Below are positions 10,409-20,411 of a DNA stretch of 64,000 bases, in pieces. The notes below the pieces were generated by a model. The model saw nothing but the letters and a program-made list of their open reading frames with translations. It did not search any database and was not told where the DNA came from. This stretch comes from Candidatus Gastranaerophilales bacterium. Lineage in GTDB: Bacteria > Cyanobacteriota > Vampirovibrionia > Gastranaerophilales > Gastranaerophilaceae. A program made the position numbers and the translations under genes. Location of the stretch: assembly GCA_944326905.1 (NCBI GenBank), contig CALVFU010000004.1:16619-80618 (forward strand), written 5' to 3'. Numbering within the stretch: position 1 is the first letter of the stretch; every line of letters begins with the position of its first letter.

Positions 10409-11512
10409 ATGACAAAGCAAACTTTTTTACATGATAAGCATGTTAAATTAGGCGCAAAAATGGTTGATTTTGCTGGCTGGCATATGCCTGTGCAGTATAC
10501 TTCAATTATTGAAGAACATAATACAGTGAGAAATTCTGTTGGATTATTTGATGTTTCTCATATGGGAGAAGTTATAGTTAAAGGTGAAGATGCGCTGCCT
10601 TTTTTAAATAAGCTGGTTCCGCAAGATTTAACTAAGCTTGTTGACAGAAAGGCTGTTTATTGTCAAATGACTAATAAGCAGGGTGGGATTATTGATGATT
10701 TAATTATTTATAAACTTTGTGAAGATAAGTACCTTATTATTTTTAATGCTTCTAGAACAGATGATGATTTAAACTGGATGGTTAGGAATAAAAAGGGTTT
10801 CCATGTTGATGTTATAAATGAATCGCATAATTATTCTCTTCTGGCTGTTCAGGGGCCGAAAGCTTGTGATTTAATGAAAGCAATGGGGCTTGCTGAGCTG
10901 CCGCTATTTTTTTCTATTAAACGAGCTGAGCTTTTTAATATTAATTTATGGATATCAAGAACTGGTTATACGGGTGAAGATGGCGTAGAAATTCTTGTTA
11001 GAAACGAATTTTCTGAAATGCTTTGGGATAATATTTTGGAATGCGGAAAAAAATTTGGAATAAAGCCGATTGGACTTGGGGCAAGAGACACTTTGAGATT
11101 AGAAGCAGCACTTCATTTATATGGCAATGATTTAGACGAAGATACTACGCCTGTTGAAGCAGGGCTTTCTTGGTCAGTTTCCAAAAATAAAATTGATGAT
11201 TATAATGGAAAAGATGTGATTATGGAACAGCTTGCAAATGGCGGTAGGAAAAAGCTTGTTGGTCTAAAAATGATTGATAGAGGAATCGCAAGGCACGGAT
11301 ATGAAGTGTTTGATGGTGATAAGAAAATAGGTGTCGTAACAAGTGGCGGTATTTCACCTGTTAGAGGTGATAATATTGCCCTCGCGTATATTAAAAATTC
11401 GCCGGAATATAAAATTGACTCACAAATTGGTATTATGATTAGAGATAAAATTTATATGGCACAAATTATTAAGAAGCCTTTTGTAATTAAAAAAAATAAG
11501 ACAGAAATATAA
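10409..11512 (+). CDS. gcvT: Glycine cleavage system T protein (aminomethyltransferase)
   Basis: LHDKHVKLGAKMVDFAGWHMPVQY..., FDVSHMG and RTGYTGEDG motifs. The ATG at 10409 has better RBS spacing than the TTG at 10406. Confidence 0.93.
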   Translation: MTKQTFLHDKHVKLGAKMVDFAGWHMPVQYTSIIEEHNTVRNSVGLFDVSHMGEVIVKGEDALPFLNKLVPQDLTKLVDRKAVYCQMTNKQGGIIDDLIIYKLCEDKYLIIFNASRTDDDLNWMVRNKKGFHVDVINESHNYSLLAVQGPKACDLMKAMGLAELPLFFSIKRAELFNINLWISRTGYTGEDGVEILVRNEFSEMLWDNILECGKKFGIKPIGLGARDTLRLEAALHLYGNDLDEDTTPVEAGLSWSVSKNKIDDYNGKDVIMEQLANGGRKKLVGLKMIDRGIARHGYEVFDGDKKIGVVTSGGISPVRGDNIALAYIKNSPEYKIDSQIGIMIRDKIYMAQIIKKPFVIKKNKTEI

Positions 11513-11526
11513 GGAGATTGAAAAAG

Positions 11527-11904
11527 ATGAATGAAAGTGCTTTATGCTCAAAAACTCATGAATATGTTCTTGAACTTAAAGAAAATTTATATGAAATAGG
11601 ATTGACTGATTATGCAATAGAACAGTTAGGTGACATAGTGTTTGTTGAGTTGCCGGAAATTGGTTCAACTTTTGAAAAAAATGAAGTTTTTGCAACCATA
11701 GAGTCAGTAAAAGCCGCATCAGAAGTATATATGCCAATAAGCGGGACTGTTGTTGCAGTAAATGATGCAATTGCTGATTCGCCGGAAAAGCTTAATGACG
11801 ATTCTGAAGCAGATAAGTGGTTTATAAAAATAGAATCTTGCGCTGATCAGGTTGAATTTGCTGATTTATTAGATTACTCAGATTATAAAGAGGAAATTGA
11901 ATAA
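11527..11904 (+). CDS. gcvH: Glycine cleavage system H protein
   Basis: Lipoyl-lysine motif IESVKAASEVY. About 125 aa. AAGGAG lies 8 nt upstream of the ATG at 11527. Confidence 0.9.
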   Translation: MNESALCSKTHEYVLELKENLYEIGLTDYAIEQLGDIVFVELPEIGSTFEKNEVFATIESVKAASEVYMPISGTVVAVNDAIADSPEKLNDDSEADKWFIKIESCADQVEFADLLDYSDYKEEIE

Positions 11905-11910
11905 GATAAT

Positions 11911-13146
11911 ATGGATAATTTTTTAGCTCATAATGATATGACAAGAGCAGAAATGCTTAAAGATTTAAAATGTAATTCTATTGATGATTTGTTTAAACAC
12001 CTTCCTAGAATTATTAGTGAATTTAAACTTCAGGCGCCGTTAAGTGAATTGGAGACACAAAAACTTATTAAGGGGATGTCAGCCAGGAATAAAACAGATT
12101 ATATTTCATTTTTAGGCGCCGGAGTGTATAATAAATTTATTCCGGCGGCGGTTAATTATGTTGCTGAGCGTTTTGAGTTTTTAACAGCATATACACCGTA
12201 TCAGCCGGAAATATCTCAAGGAACTTTACAAGTTATTTATGAATTTCAGTCTATGATATGCAGGCTTACCGGCATGGACATTGCCAATGCCTCCATGTAT
12301 GATGTATCAACTGCTGCTGCTGAGGCTATTCTTATGAGTATGAGAATAACAAAAAAGCATAAAGCGCTTGTTTCAAATACTCTCAATCCTCAATATAAAG
12401 AGGTTATCAAAACATATTTATGGGCTGGTAATTTTGAAGTGGAGTGGTTTGATACTCTGCCTGATAATCTATCTGATTATGCTGCTGTAGTATATCAAAA
12501 TCCTGATTTTTATGGTGAACTTTTAGATATTTCAGCGCAGAATGATGTTTTAACTATAGTAATTCATGATTTGGCAGCTCTTTCTATTATTGAACCTCCA
12601 AGGAATGCTGATATTGTTGTGGGTGATGTCCAGCCTGCAGGTATTCCTATGTGGTTTGGCGGTCCTCATGCAGGTTATATGGCGTGTAAAGAAAAATATT
12701 TAAGGCAGCTGCCCGGAAGAATTGTAGGAAAGACTGTTGATAAGGATGGTAAACAGGCGTTCACTTTAACAATTCAAACGAGAGAGCAGCATATTAAGAG
12801 AGAAAAGGCAACAAGTAATATTTGTTCAAATCAGTCTTTAGTTGCCCTTATGACAACGTTGTACTTATCGTTGATGGGCGAAAACGGTTTTAGGCAAGCC
12901 GGATTAATTTCTGCTAAAAGAGCGCATTTACTTTCTGATAAATTGGCAGAGATTGGTGTTAAAACCTTGAACAACAATTTTTATGATGAATTTGTTATCG
13001 AAGTAACTGATGCAGATGAAACGTTAAGTAGATTAAAGTCAAACGGAATAATAGGAGGTTTAAAACTTTCCAATACCCGAATATTAGTTTGTGCAACAGA
13101 AATGATATCAGAAAACGATATAAACAAATACATTAGCTGCCTTTGA
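11911..13146 (+). CDS. gcvPA: Glycine dehydrogenase (decarboxylating) subunit 1
   Basis: TAYTPYQPEISQGTLQ..., REQHIKREKATSNICSNQ. 411 aa. Confidence 0.9.
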   Translation: MDNFLAHNDMTRAEMLKDLKCNSIDDLFKHLPRIISEFKLQAPLSELETQKLIKGMSARNKTDYISFLGAGVYNKFIPAAVNYVAERFEFLTAYTPYQPEISQGTLQVIYEFQSMICRLTGMDIANASMYDVSTAAAEAILMSMRITKKHKALVSNTLNPQYKEVIKTYLWAGNFEVEWFDTLPDNLSDYAAVVYQNPDFYGELLDISAQNDVLTIVIHDLAALSIIEPPRNADIVVGDVQPAGIPMWFGGPHAGYMACKEKYLRQLPGRIVGKTVDKDGKQAFTLTIQTREQHIKREKATSNICSNQSLVALMTTLYLSLMGENGFRQAGLISAKRAHLLSDKLAEIGVKTLNNNFYDEFVIEVTDADETLSRLKSNGIIGGLKLSNTRILVCATEMISENDINKYISCL

Positions 13147-13151
13147 TGTTT

Positions 13152-13607
13152 TTACATTTCTATTTTACAAACATTGGAATCTCCGAGATATTTATTCCAA
13201 ACTTTAATTACCGGGCTTTGCTGTGCTTCTTCAAGTGACATATTTTGATACTTTTGAGGATTTTTAGCAGCTTCTTGAGATTCTTTTTCCATGACTGAAT
13301 AAATTTCTCTGACTTGCTCACCTGAAAATTCGCAATTGACCTTTGATTTAAATCCTATTTCTTTAAATTCAACAATTTCTTGGTATTTACATGTGTATCC
13401 GTCCCATCCGATAATATTTTTGGTTACCTTAGAGGATACTCCGTCTATCTCAATTTCATCAACACTTTTATATTCAGAGCAGTTCTTAAACGCAGACATA
13501 AAATCTGCAGGATTACTTGCTGAGTGCTTATTCTCAGAATATGCTATACTACCGCTGATTAAAAGAACAGCTACAAATATAAAAGTTTTCTTATTCATGG
13601 TTTGCAA
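13152..13607 (-). CDS. Hypothetical secreted protein (about 150 aa)
   Basis: Signal peptide (KKTFIFVAVLLISGSIAYS). Its start overlaps the 3' end of atpC, so it is probably co-transcribed with atpDC. Confidence 0.5.
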   Translation of the reverse strand: MQTMNKKTFIFVAVLLISGSIAYSENKHSASNPADFMSAFKNCSEYKSVDEIEIDGVSSKVTKNIIGWDGYTCKYQEIVEFKEIGFKSKVNCEFSGEQVREIYSVMEKESQEAAKNPQKYQNMSLEEAQQSPVIKVWNKYLGDSNVCKIEM

Positions 13608-13983
13608 CTTTCAGTCTTGTCATTGCACGAGCTAATGCCATTTCTGCACGACTAACATCCATTTGAAGACTAGCTTTTGAAAGTCGTTCTTCGGCTCTTG
13701 CTTTTGCCTCTTTTGCACGTTTTATATCAATGTCTGCTTCGGATTCACAAGCATTAGTAAGAATTACAGCGTTATCATTGCTAAATTGAAAAACACCGCC
13801 CATTGTCGCATAATAATGATTTTCATTATTAATCAAAATCCTGGTAACACCAATTGCAAGAGGTGTTGTTATCGGCTGCCTGCCCGGCAGTATACCGATT
13901 GTACCTTCGGCTCCAGTGATTTGAATTTCATCTGCGGAGCCGTCAAATATTAACTTGTCATGTGTAATTATTTTTAATTTCAT
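13591..13983 (-). CDS. atpC: F1 ATP synthase epsilon subunit
   Basis: 130 aa directly after atpD. N-terminal beta-sandwich pattern (LKIITHDKLIFDGSADEIQITGAEGTIGILPG) and a C-terminal helical hairpin. Confidence 0.85.
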   Translation of the reverse strand: MKLKIITHDKLIFDGSADEIQITGAEGTIGILPGRQPITTPLAIGVTRILINNENHYYATMGGVFQFSNDNAVILTNACESEADIDIKRAKEAKARAEERLSKASLQMDVSRAEMALARAMTRLKVANHE

Positions 13984-13986
13984 AGA

Positions 13987-15408
<1,422 letters not shown>

Positions 15409-15439
15409 TTAAACAAATTAATTTTATCACAAATATTTC

Positions 15440-16369
15440 TTACCTGCAATCACATGCAGGTAATTTTGTGGCATTTAAATGAATTTCTCCGACAATTTCT
15501 CCATGGAGTGTCTTAATTGTGTTGTCATACTTAAAGCAGCCCCAGCCTAATCTATTAAGTATTTCCAATATAGCAAATCTTCTTGCATCCATGCTGCAAT
15601 CTTTAATTTTTAAACCAATGCTTTTTTTATTTTGTGTATTATAAACGATGCATAAACCGCCGGCACCAACTTTTGCAATTAAGGTATTAGAATTTTGCAT
15701 GATTTCTGTGTCAAGCCTGTTTTCTCCGCCTATAATATATGGATTATCTAAAAATGCTTTTTTTATGAGAGCATATTTGGGGGATGAAAATAAATTTTTA
15801 TACCCTCTAACCATGTTGAAAAGTGGCATTGATAGTATAGGAACGCCGCATCCGTCTTTGGTCTGCGGGTAGCTGTATTCAACTTCGCATAGACTATTAA
15901 TTCTTTCTTTTACTAATTTTTGGAGTGGATGGTTAATATTGTCATAATCGGTTAAATCCCAGTCGTTTATTTTGCAGAGCGCTAGAAATAGCAAATGTTT
16001 ACCGATGCAGTTGTTGTATAATTCATTAGGCTCGACACCTTCTATTCTAAGTTTAAAATCTGCGCTCTTTGAAATTGGACGATGAATACCGCACTTTAAG
16101 TTTTCGAGTGTTAGTCCAAATTTATCAAGCAAGGATTGTGCAAGTCTGACATGACTCTCTTCCCCGGCATGGGATGCGCAGATAAGAGCTATTTCTGCTG
16201 ATGTGAGCTCAAACTCTTTTGGCATGTCGAAATCAACCATTAAAGATGCTTGTAAAGGTTTTGCACAAGAACGCAAATAATATGGACTTCCGTTAGTTCG
16301 TTCGCCGTCTGAAAATTCTGCAATATGTTCTTCTTCAATTAAGCCGTCTCTAATATATTGTAGTATCAT
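15440..16369 (-). CDS. Asparaginase II family protein
   Basis: YLRSCAKPLQA and DGCGVP motifs typical of the Rhizobium-type asparaginase II family. 309 aa. Confidence 0.65.
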   Translation of the reverse strand: MILQYIRDGLIEEEHIAEFSDGERTNGSPYYLRSCAKPLQASLMVDFDMPKEFELTSAEIALICASHAGEESHVRLAQSLLDKFGLTLENLKCGIHRPISKSADFKLRIEGVEPNELYNNCIGKHLLFLALCKINDWDLTDYDNINHPLQKLVKERINSLCEVEYSYPQTKDGCGVPILSMPLFNMVRGYKNLFSSPKYALIKKAFLDNPYIIGGENRLDTEIMQNSNTLIAKVGAGGLCIVYNTQNKKSIGLKIKDCSMDARRFAILEILNRLGWGCFKYDNTIKTLHGEIVGEIHLNATKLPACDCR

Positions 16370-16370
16370 A

Positions 16371-17117
16371 TTATACTTTATTTTCTTTTATAAAGGCAAG
16401 TATTCGAGACAATTTTACTTTTAGAATTTCGCATTCTTCTTTCAGTTTTTGATTTTCAGCCAAAAGGTTAATATCCTGTTCTTCGCCTGCAACTTTTGGG
16501 ATAATTTCATCAGTAAGTACAAATTTCTTGCTTGCTTCTTCTTTTATAAGCATTACGCTTTTCATATCTTTTTCTTTGATGATACCCATTTGCACCATTA
16601 ATTCCGCAATAAAAACGTGCTTGCCCTTTGATTGTAGTTCCTGCTGCCTTGCAAGAACTTTCTCAAGGGCTTCAATAGACATTTTCCCTGCTCTGATAAA
16701 GTATTCCCCTGTTCTGTATTTACCTGCAATAAAGCCGGCAAGGGAGGAAACCAAAACGGGAATGTCTTCTGTAAAATACTTTTGATCCATGCAGAAAGTA
16801 AAAGCTTTTGCCATTTCTTCCATAGAAAATGATCCGGCAAGAGCTATTTCAACTAAATTCATATGATTTTTGCAGCAGGATAAAAATGTATAAATATTAT
16901 CATCCCAGCAGCAGTCTCTATTTTCAAGCTCTTGCTCTCCAATAGCTGACAATGACGGCTGGTAAGTATGGAATAACTCATCCTGCTGTGCGGATATAAA
17001 ATCCTGGCTTAGATATTTTTTTAAATCTGTTGATAAATTTATATAAATTGCTTGTTTTATCCATAGCGGAAACTTATATAAGGCTTCCATAAACTCATTG
17101 TAACTATTTTTACCCAC
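16371..17117 (-). CDS. Hypothetical protein (248 aa) with a GspE-N/MshEN-like helical segment and C-terminal coiled coil
   Basis: YFIRAGKMSIEALEKVLARQQE...FIAELMVQMGIIKEKDMKSVM resembles T2SSE_N-type repeats. The call is tentative. Confidence 0.4.
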   Translation of the reverse strand: MGKNSYNEFMEALYKFPLWIKQAIYINLSTDLKKYLSQDFISAQQDELFHTYQPSLSAIGEQELENRDCCWDDNIYTFLSCCKNHMNLVEIALAGSFSMEEMAKAFTFCMDQKYFTEDIPVLVSSLAGFIAGKYRTGEYFIRAGKMSIEALEKVLARQQELQSKGKHVFIAELMVQMGIIKEKDMKSVMLIKEEASKKFVLTDEIIPKVAGEEQDINLLAENQKLKEECEILKVKLSRILAFIKENKV

Positions 17118-17203
17118 TGCTCTTAATCCTTCTTTTAAATGATAGTAATAAATACAAAAGAATTATATCATATATTAAGGTACTATGTAAAGGAATACTG
17201 CAA

Positions 17204-17665
17204 ATGGGTATGGACGGTTTATCAATGGCAAATACCGGGCGCTTGAAAGAAGCGACCTCCCTTGATTATTCCAAAGAAAGTGAAGAACTTGCAAAAGAAG
17301 ATACCGAAAAAAGCATGATTGTGCAGGAGTTAACCCAGCAGGAACGTGTAAACGAGGAAAAAGAGGAAAATCGTAAGCGAAGAAAACGTTCTGAAAGAGA
17401 AGAAGCAAATTCAGATGATGAGGAGGAAAGTCAAGAAGATGAGTTTGATGAAGATGAACATAGTCCTATCCCCCCTGACGAAGCGTTACTTCTTGATGGT
17501 GAAAATAAAGGGTTTTATACTAAATTGAGTAAAAATTTGGAAAACATAGAATTATATGATAGAATAACTGACAGACTGATAGGTACAATAACCCCGGAGG
17601 AATTGAGTTCTTTAATCTCAAAACTTAATATGGGGTCTGGTATTTTTATCAATAAGAAAGTATAA
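17204..17665 (+). CDS. flaG: FlaG-like flagellar protein with a highly charged N-terminal extension
   Basis: The C-terminal 40 aa (IELYDRITDRLIGTITPEELSSLISKLNMGSGIFINKKV) match the FlaG consensus (..D..T.EVIRQIP.EE.L.L...L....G...D.K). Sits directly upstream of fliS. Confidence 0.45.
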   Translation: MGMDGLSMANTGRLKEATSLDYSKESEELAKEDTEKSMIVQELTQQERVNEEKEENRKRRKRSEREEANSDDEEESQEDEFDEDEHSPIPPDEALLLDGENKGFYTKLSKNLENIELYDRITDRLIGTITPEELSSLISKLNMGSGIFINKKV

Positions 17666-17668
17666 ATT

Positions 17669-18151
17669 ATGAGTTATAATCCCTATAACAAATATGTTAA
17701 AAAGTATCAGGAAAGTAATGTTAATACAGCTGATCCTAAAAAAATAATGATTATGCTGTTTGATGCGTGTATTCAATTTTTAGGGAAAGCGGCAATTGCT
17801 ATTGAGGAGAAAAAATACGCTGATAAAACTGCTAATATAAACAGCGCAAAACAAATTTTGAGGGAATTTATGCGTACGATTGATTTGGAGAACGGGAATG
17901 ATACTTCAAAACATTTATATGTTTTTTATAACAGGCAAATTAATAATCTTACAAAAGTGAGTGTTCATAGAGATTTGGAACTTTTAAAAAAAGTTACACA
18001 AGACCTGACTGATATAAGAAATGCTTTTATTGAAGCAATAAAAATTGTTAATCAAGATTTGGCAAAAACAGAGCAGGAAGAAGAACGAATTAAATATGAA
18101 AATGATTTAGCCGAGGCTGAAAATTACTCAGAACATGATTATGGAGTTTAG
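17669..18151 (+). CDS. fliS: Flagellar export chaperone FliS
   Basis: NPYNKY..Y....V.TADPKKIMIMLFD at the N-terminus, LYVFYNRQ... and a four-helix-length protein (160 aa) fit FliS. Confidence 0.75.
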   Translation: MSYNPYNKYVKKYQESNVNTADPKKIMIMLFDACIQFLGKAAIAIEEKKYADKTANINSAKQILREFMRTIDLENGNDTSKHLYVFYNRQINNLTKVSVHRDLELLKKVTQDLTDIRNAFIEAIKIVNQDLAKTEQEEERIKYENDLAEAENYSEHDYGV

Positions 18152-18153
18152 AT

Positions 18154-18537
18154 GTGGAAAAACAGTTTGAACAATTGATGCTGTATTACAATCAACTAAA
18201 GGAGATGGCTCTTCAAATCTCAGGCATGCTTGAGCGCGAGGCATATAATGAAGCTCTTACTATGCTTAACCATAGAAAAAGAGTTGTTAAAGAGCTTGGG
18301 CTCATGCTTCGGTATATTGAAATGACAGATGAACAAAAACAAATTGTAGATAATATAAGAAATGAAATTTACAAAATTGAAGCTGAAAGTATAAAAAAAC
18401 TCCAAAAAGATATGGAAGATGTAAAGTACGAACTTGACATTGCTTCTTCAAAAGTAAGATTTAGGAATAAATATAATCCTTACGAAGTTGAGCAGGCTAC
18501 TGGTAATGTTATTGACACGCATGACAATGATGTTTAA
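18154..18537 (+). CDS. FliT-like flagellar chaperone (Bacillus type), tentative
   Basis: 127-aa helical protein immediately after fliS, with a GTG start overlapping the fliS stop region. The C-terminal ...KYNPYE....G.VID tail resembles Bacillus FliT. Confidence 0.4.
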   Translation: MEKQFEQLMLYYNQLKEMALQISGMLEREAYNEALTMLNHRKRVVKELGLMLRYIEMTDEQKQIVDNIRNEIYKIEAESIKKLQKDMEDVKYELDIASSKVRFRNKYNPYEVEQATGNVIDTHDNDV

Positions 18538-19635
18538 TTAAACTGCAAATCTAAAGTGTACTAAATCTCCATCTTGGATTACATAATCCTTTCCTTCAAG
18601 TCTAGTTACTCCTTTTTCCTTGCAGGCAACGTACGAGCCGAGCTCTGCAAAATCCTTGTATGGTGTAATTTCAGCCCTGATAAATCCTTTTTCAAAATCA
18701 GTGTGAATTACACCTGCTGCTTGAGGGGCTTTGGTACCTTTTACTATAGTCCAGGCATGGACTTCTTTTTCTCCAGCAGTTATAAAAGTTATAAGGTTTA
18801 GGAGTGAATATACTGATTTAATCATTTTATCTATACCGCTGTCTTCAACACCTAAATCGTGCAGGTACTCTTTTGCCTCTTCTACGTCAAGATCAACTAA
18901 TTCTTCTTCTATGCGGGCAGAAATTATTACCATTTCTGCACCATGTTTTTTAGCGTATTCACCAACTTGTCTGGTGTATTCATTGCCGTCTTTAAGGTCA
19001 TATTCTGATACATTTGCACAATATATAATCGGCTTTACGGACATTAGGTTTAACTGCTTTATTACGGCTTGTTCGTCTTCGGTAAAATGTTCTTTTACAT
19101 TGATGAATGAACAATCTGCAAGCAGCTCTGTTAGTTTTTTCAATACTTTATCTTCTAATACGGCTTCTTTGTCTCCGCCTTTTGCCTGCTTAGATATTCT
19201 TGCAGCGCGTTTTTCTATAGTAGAGAGATCGGCAAGCGCAAGTTCGGTGTTAATAGTCTCTATATCATCAAGCGGATTAACTTTTCCTGATACATGTATT
19301 GTGTTTTCATCATCAAAACATCTTACTACTTGAATAATTGCGTCTACTTCTCTAATATTATGCAAAAACTGGTTCCCCAGTCCCTCCCCGTTAGAGGCTC
19401 CTTTTACTAATCCTGCTATATCAACAAATTCTATAACAGTAGGAATTATTTCTTTTGACTTGCACAAGTCTGTCAGGACTTGCAGCCTTTCATCAGGTAC
19501 AGTAACAACACCTACATTCGGTTCAATTGTACAGAATGGATAATTCGCACTCTGTGCATTTTTAGTTGCTGTTAACGCGTTAAACAAAGTTGATTTGCCG
19601 ACATTCGGCAGTCCTACTATTCCGGCTCTTAGCAT
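18538..19635 (-). CDS. ychF: Ribosome-binding ATPase YchF
   Basis: GIVGLPNVGKSTLFNALT, DIAGLVKGAS, C-terminal TGS-like GKDYVIQDGDLVHFRF. 365 aa. Confidence 0.93.
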   Translation of the reverse strand: MLRAGIVGLPNVGKSTLFNALTATKNAQSANYPFCTIEPNVGVVTVPDERLQVLTDLCKSKEIIPTVIEFVDIAGLVKGASNGEGLGNQFLHNIREVDAIIQVVRCFDDENTIHVSGKVNPLDDIETINTELALADLSTIEKRAARISKQAKGGDKEAVLEDKVLKKLTELLADCSFINVKEHFTEDEQAVIKQLNLMSVKPIIYCANVSEYDLKDGNEYTRQVGEYAKKHGAEMVIISARIEEELVDLDVEEAKEYLHDLGVEDSGIDKMIKSVYSLLNLITFITAGEKEVHAWTIVKGTKAPQAAGVIHTDFEKGFIRAEITPYKDFAELGSYVACKEKGVTRLEGKDYVIQDGDLVHFRFAV

Positions 19636-19724
19636 TATAATTTCCTCTTTGGTATTTTTTATTATCTTAACACAAAAGAAAATCTAATGCTAAACCGGAA
19701 TTTTATACTTCCAGCAAATTCCAA

Positions 19725-19865
19725 CTATTTTTTTTCTTCTTTTTTGATATCTTCAATCCAGACCAAAGTTATTGGATAAGTTTTGGTAAATGGATTTGTT
19801 TTGTATTTTGTATCATATTTATTGATTTTATACGATAGTATTTTAAAAAATTGTGCTATTTTCAT
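19725..19865 (-). CDS. Possible small ORF (46 aa, MKIAQFFKILSYKINKYDTKYKTNPFTKTYPITLVWIEDIKKEEKK)
   Basis: The only ORF in a 380-bp gap, below the 60-aa ORF-track cutoff, with a weak RBS. Hand translated. Confidence 0.2.
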   Translation of the reverse strand: MKIAQFFKILSYKINKYDTKYKTNPFTKTYPITLVWIEDIKKEEKK

Positions 19866-19964
19866 ATACCTATATTACACTTTTGAAAACAAGTTTAATT
19901 AGCCAAAAGTATTGATTTATATATGAGGGCTAGTCTGATTGGGTTAATCCTTTTTATCCCTCAA

Positions 19965-19998
19965 TAAAAAAGAAACCGAAATATTCGGTTTCTTTTTT
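19965..19998. terminator. Bidirectional intrinsic terminator downstream of rpsT
   Basis: AGAAACCGAA-ATA-TTCGGTTTCT hairpin flanked by an A-run and a T-run. Confidence 0.7.
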
Positions 19999-20017
19999 AA
20001 TTTAATTTAAGCTGTTT

Positions 20018-20284
20018 TTATTTTGCAAGTTTATTTACAGCAAGCGTTAATCTTGATTTTTTGCGAGCTGCGGTATTTTTATGAAGAATACCCTTAGAAA
20101 CAGCTTTATCACAAAGTTTGTAAACGTTTGATAATGCAGAATTTAAAGCTGCTTTGTCCTCACCGGCTGCTAGCTCTAGTGCTTTTTTTATAGCTGTTTT
20201 TATAGAAGATTTGAAAGCAACATTTCTGATTCTGTTTTTTTCTGCTGTAAGTATTCTTTTCTTTGCTGACTTAATATTTGCCAT
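20018..20284 (-). CDS. rpsT: 30S ribosomal protein S20
   Basis: MANIKSAKKRILTAEKNRIRN... is a canonical S20 N-terminus. 88 aa. Confidence 0.9.
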   Translation of the reverse strand: MANIKSAKKRILTAEKNRIRNVAFKSSIKTAIKKALELAAGEDKAALNSALSNVYKLCDKAVSKGILHKNTAARKKSRLTLAVNKLAK

Positions 20285-20411
20285 TTTTTATCCTTTCTAT
20301 TTACATTAGTATTTTTTGCGGGTAATGACTCCGCAAATCAACTGAGGATAGTGTGAGTAACTTTATTATAACTGCTGAATTATTAATTTCAACCATGCAA
20401 ATACAGATTAA

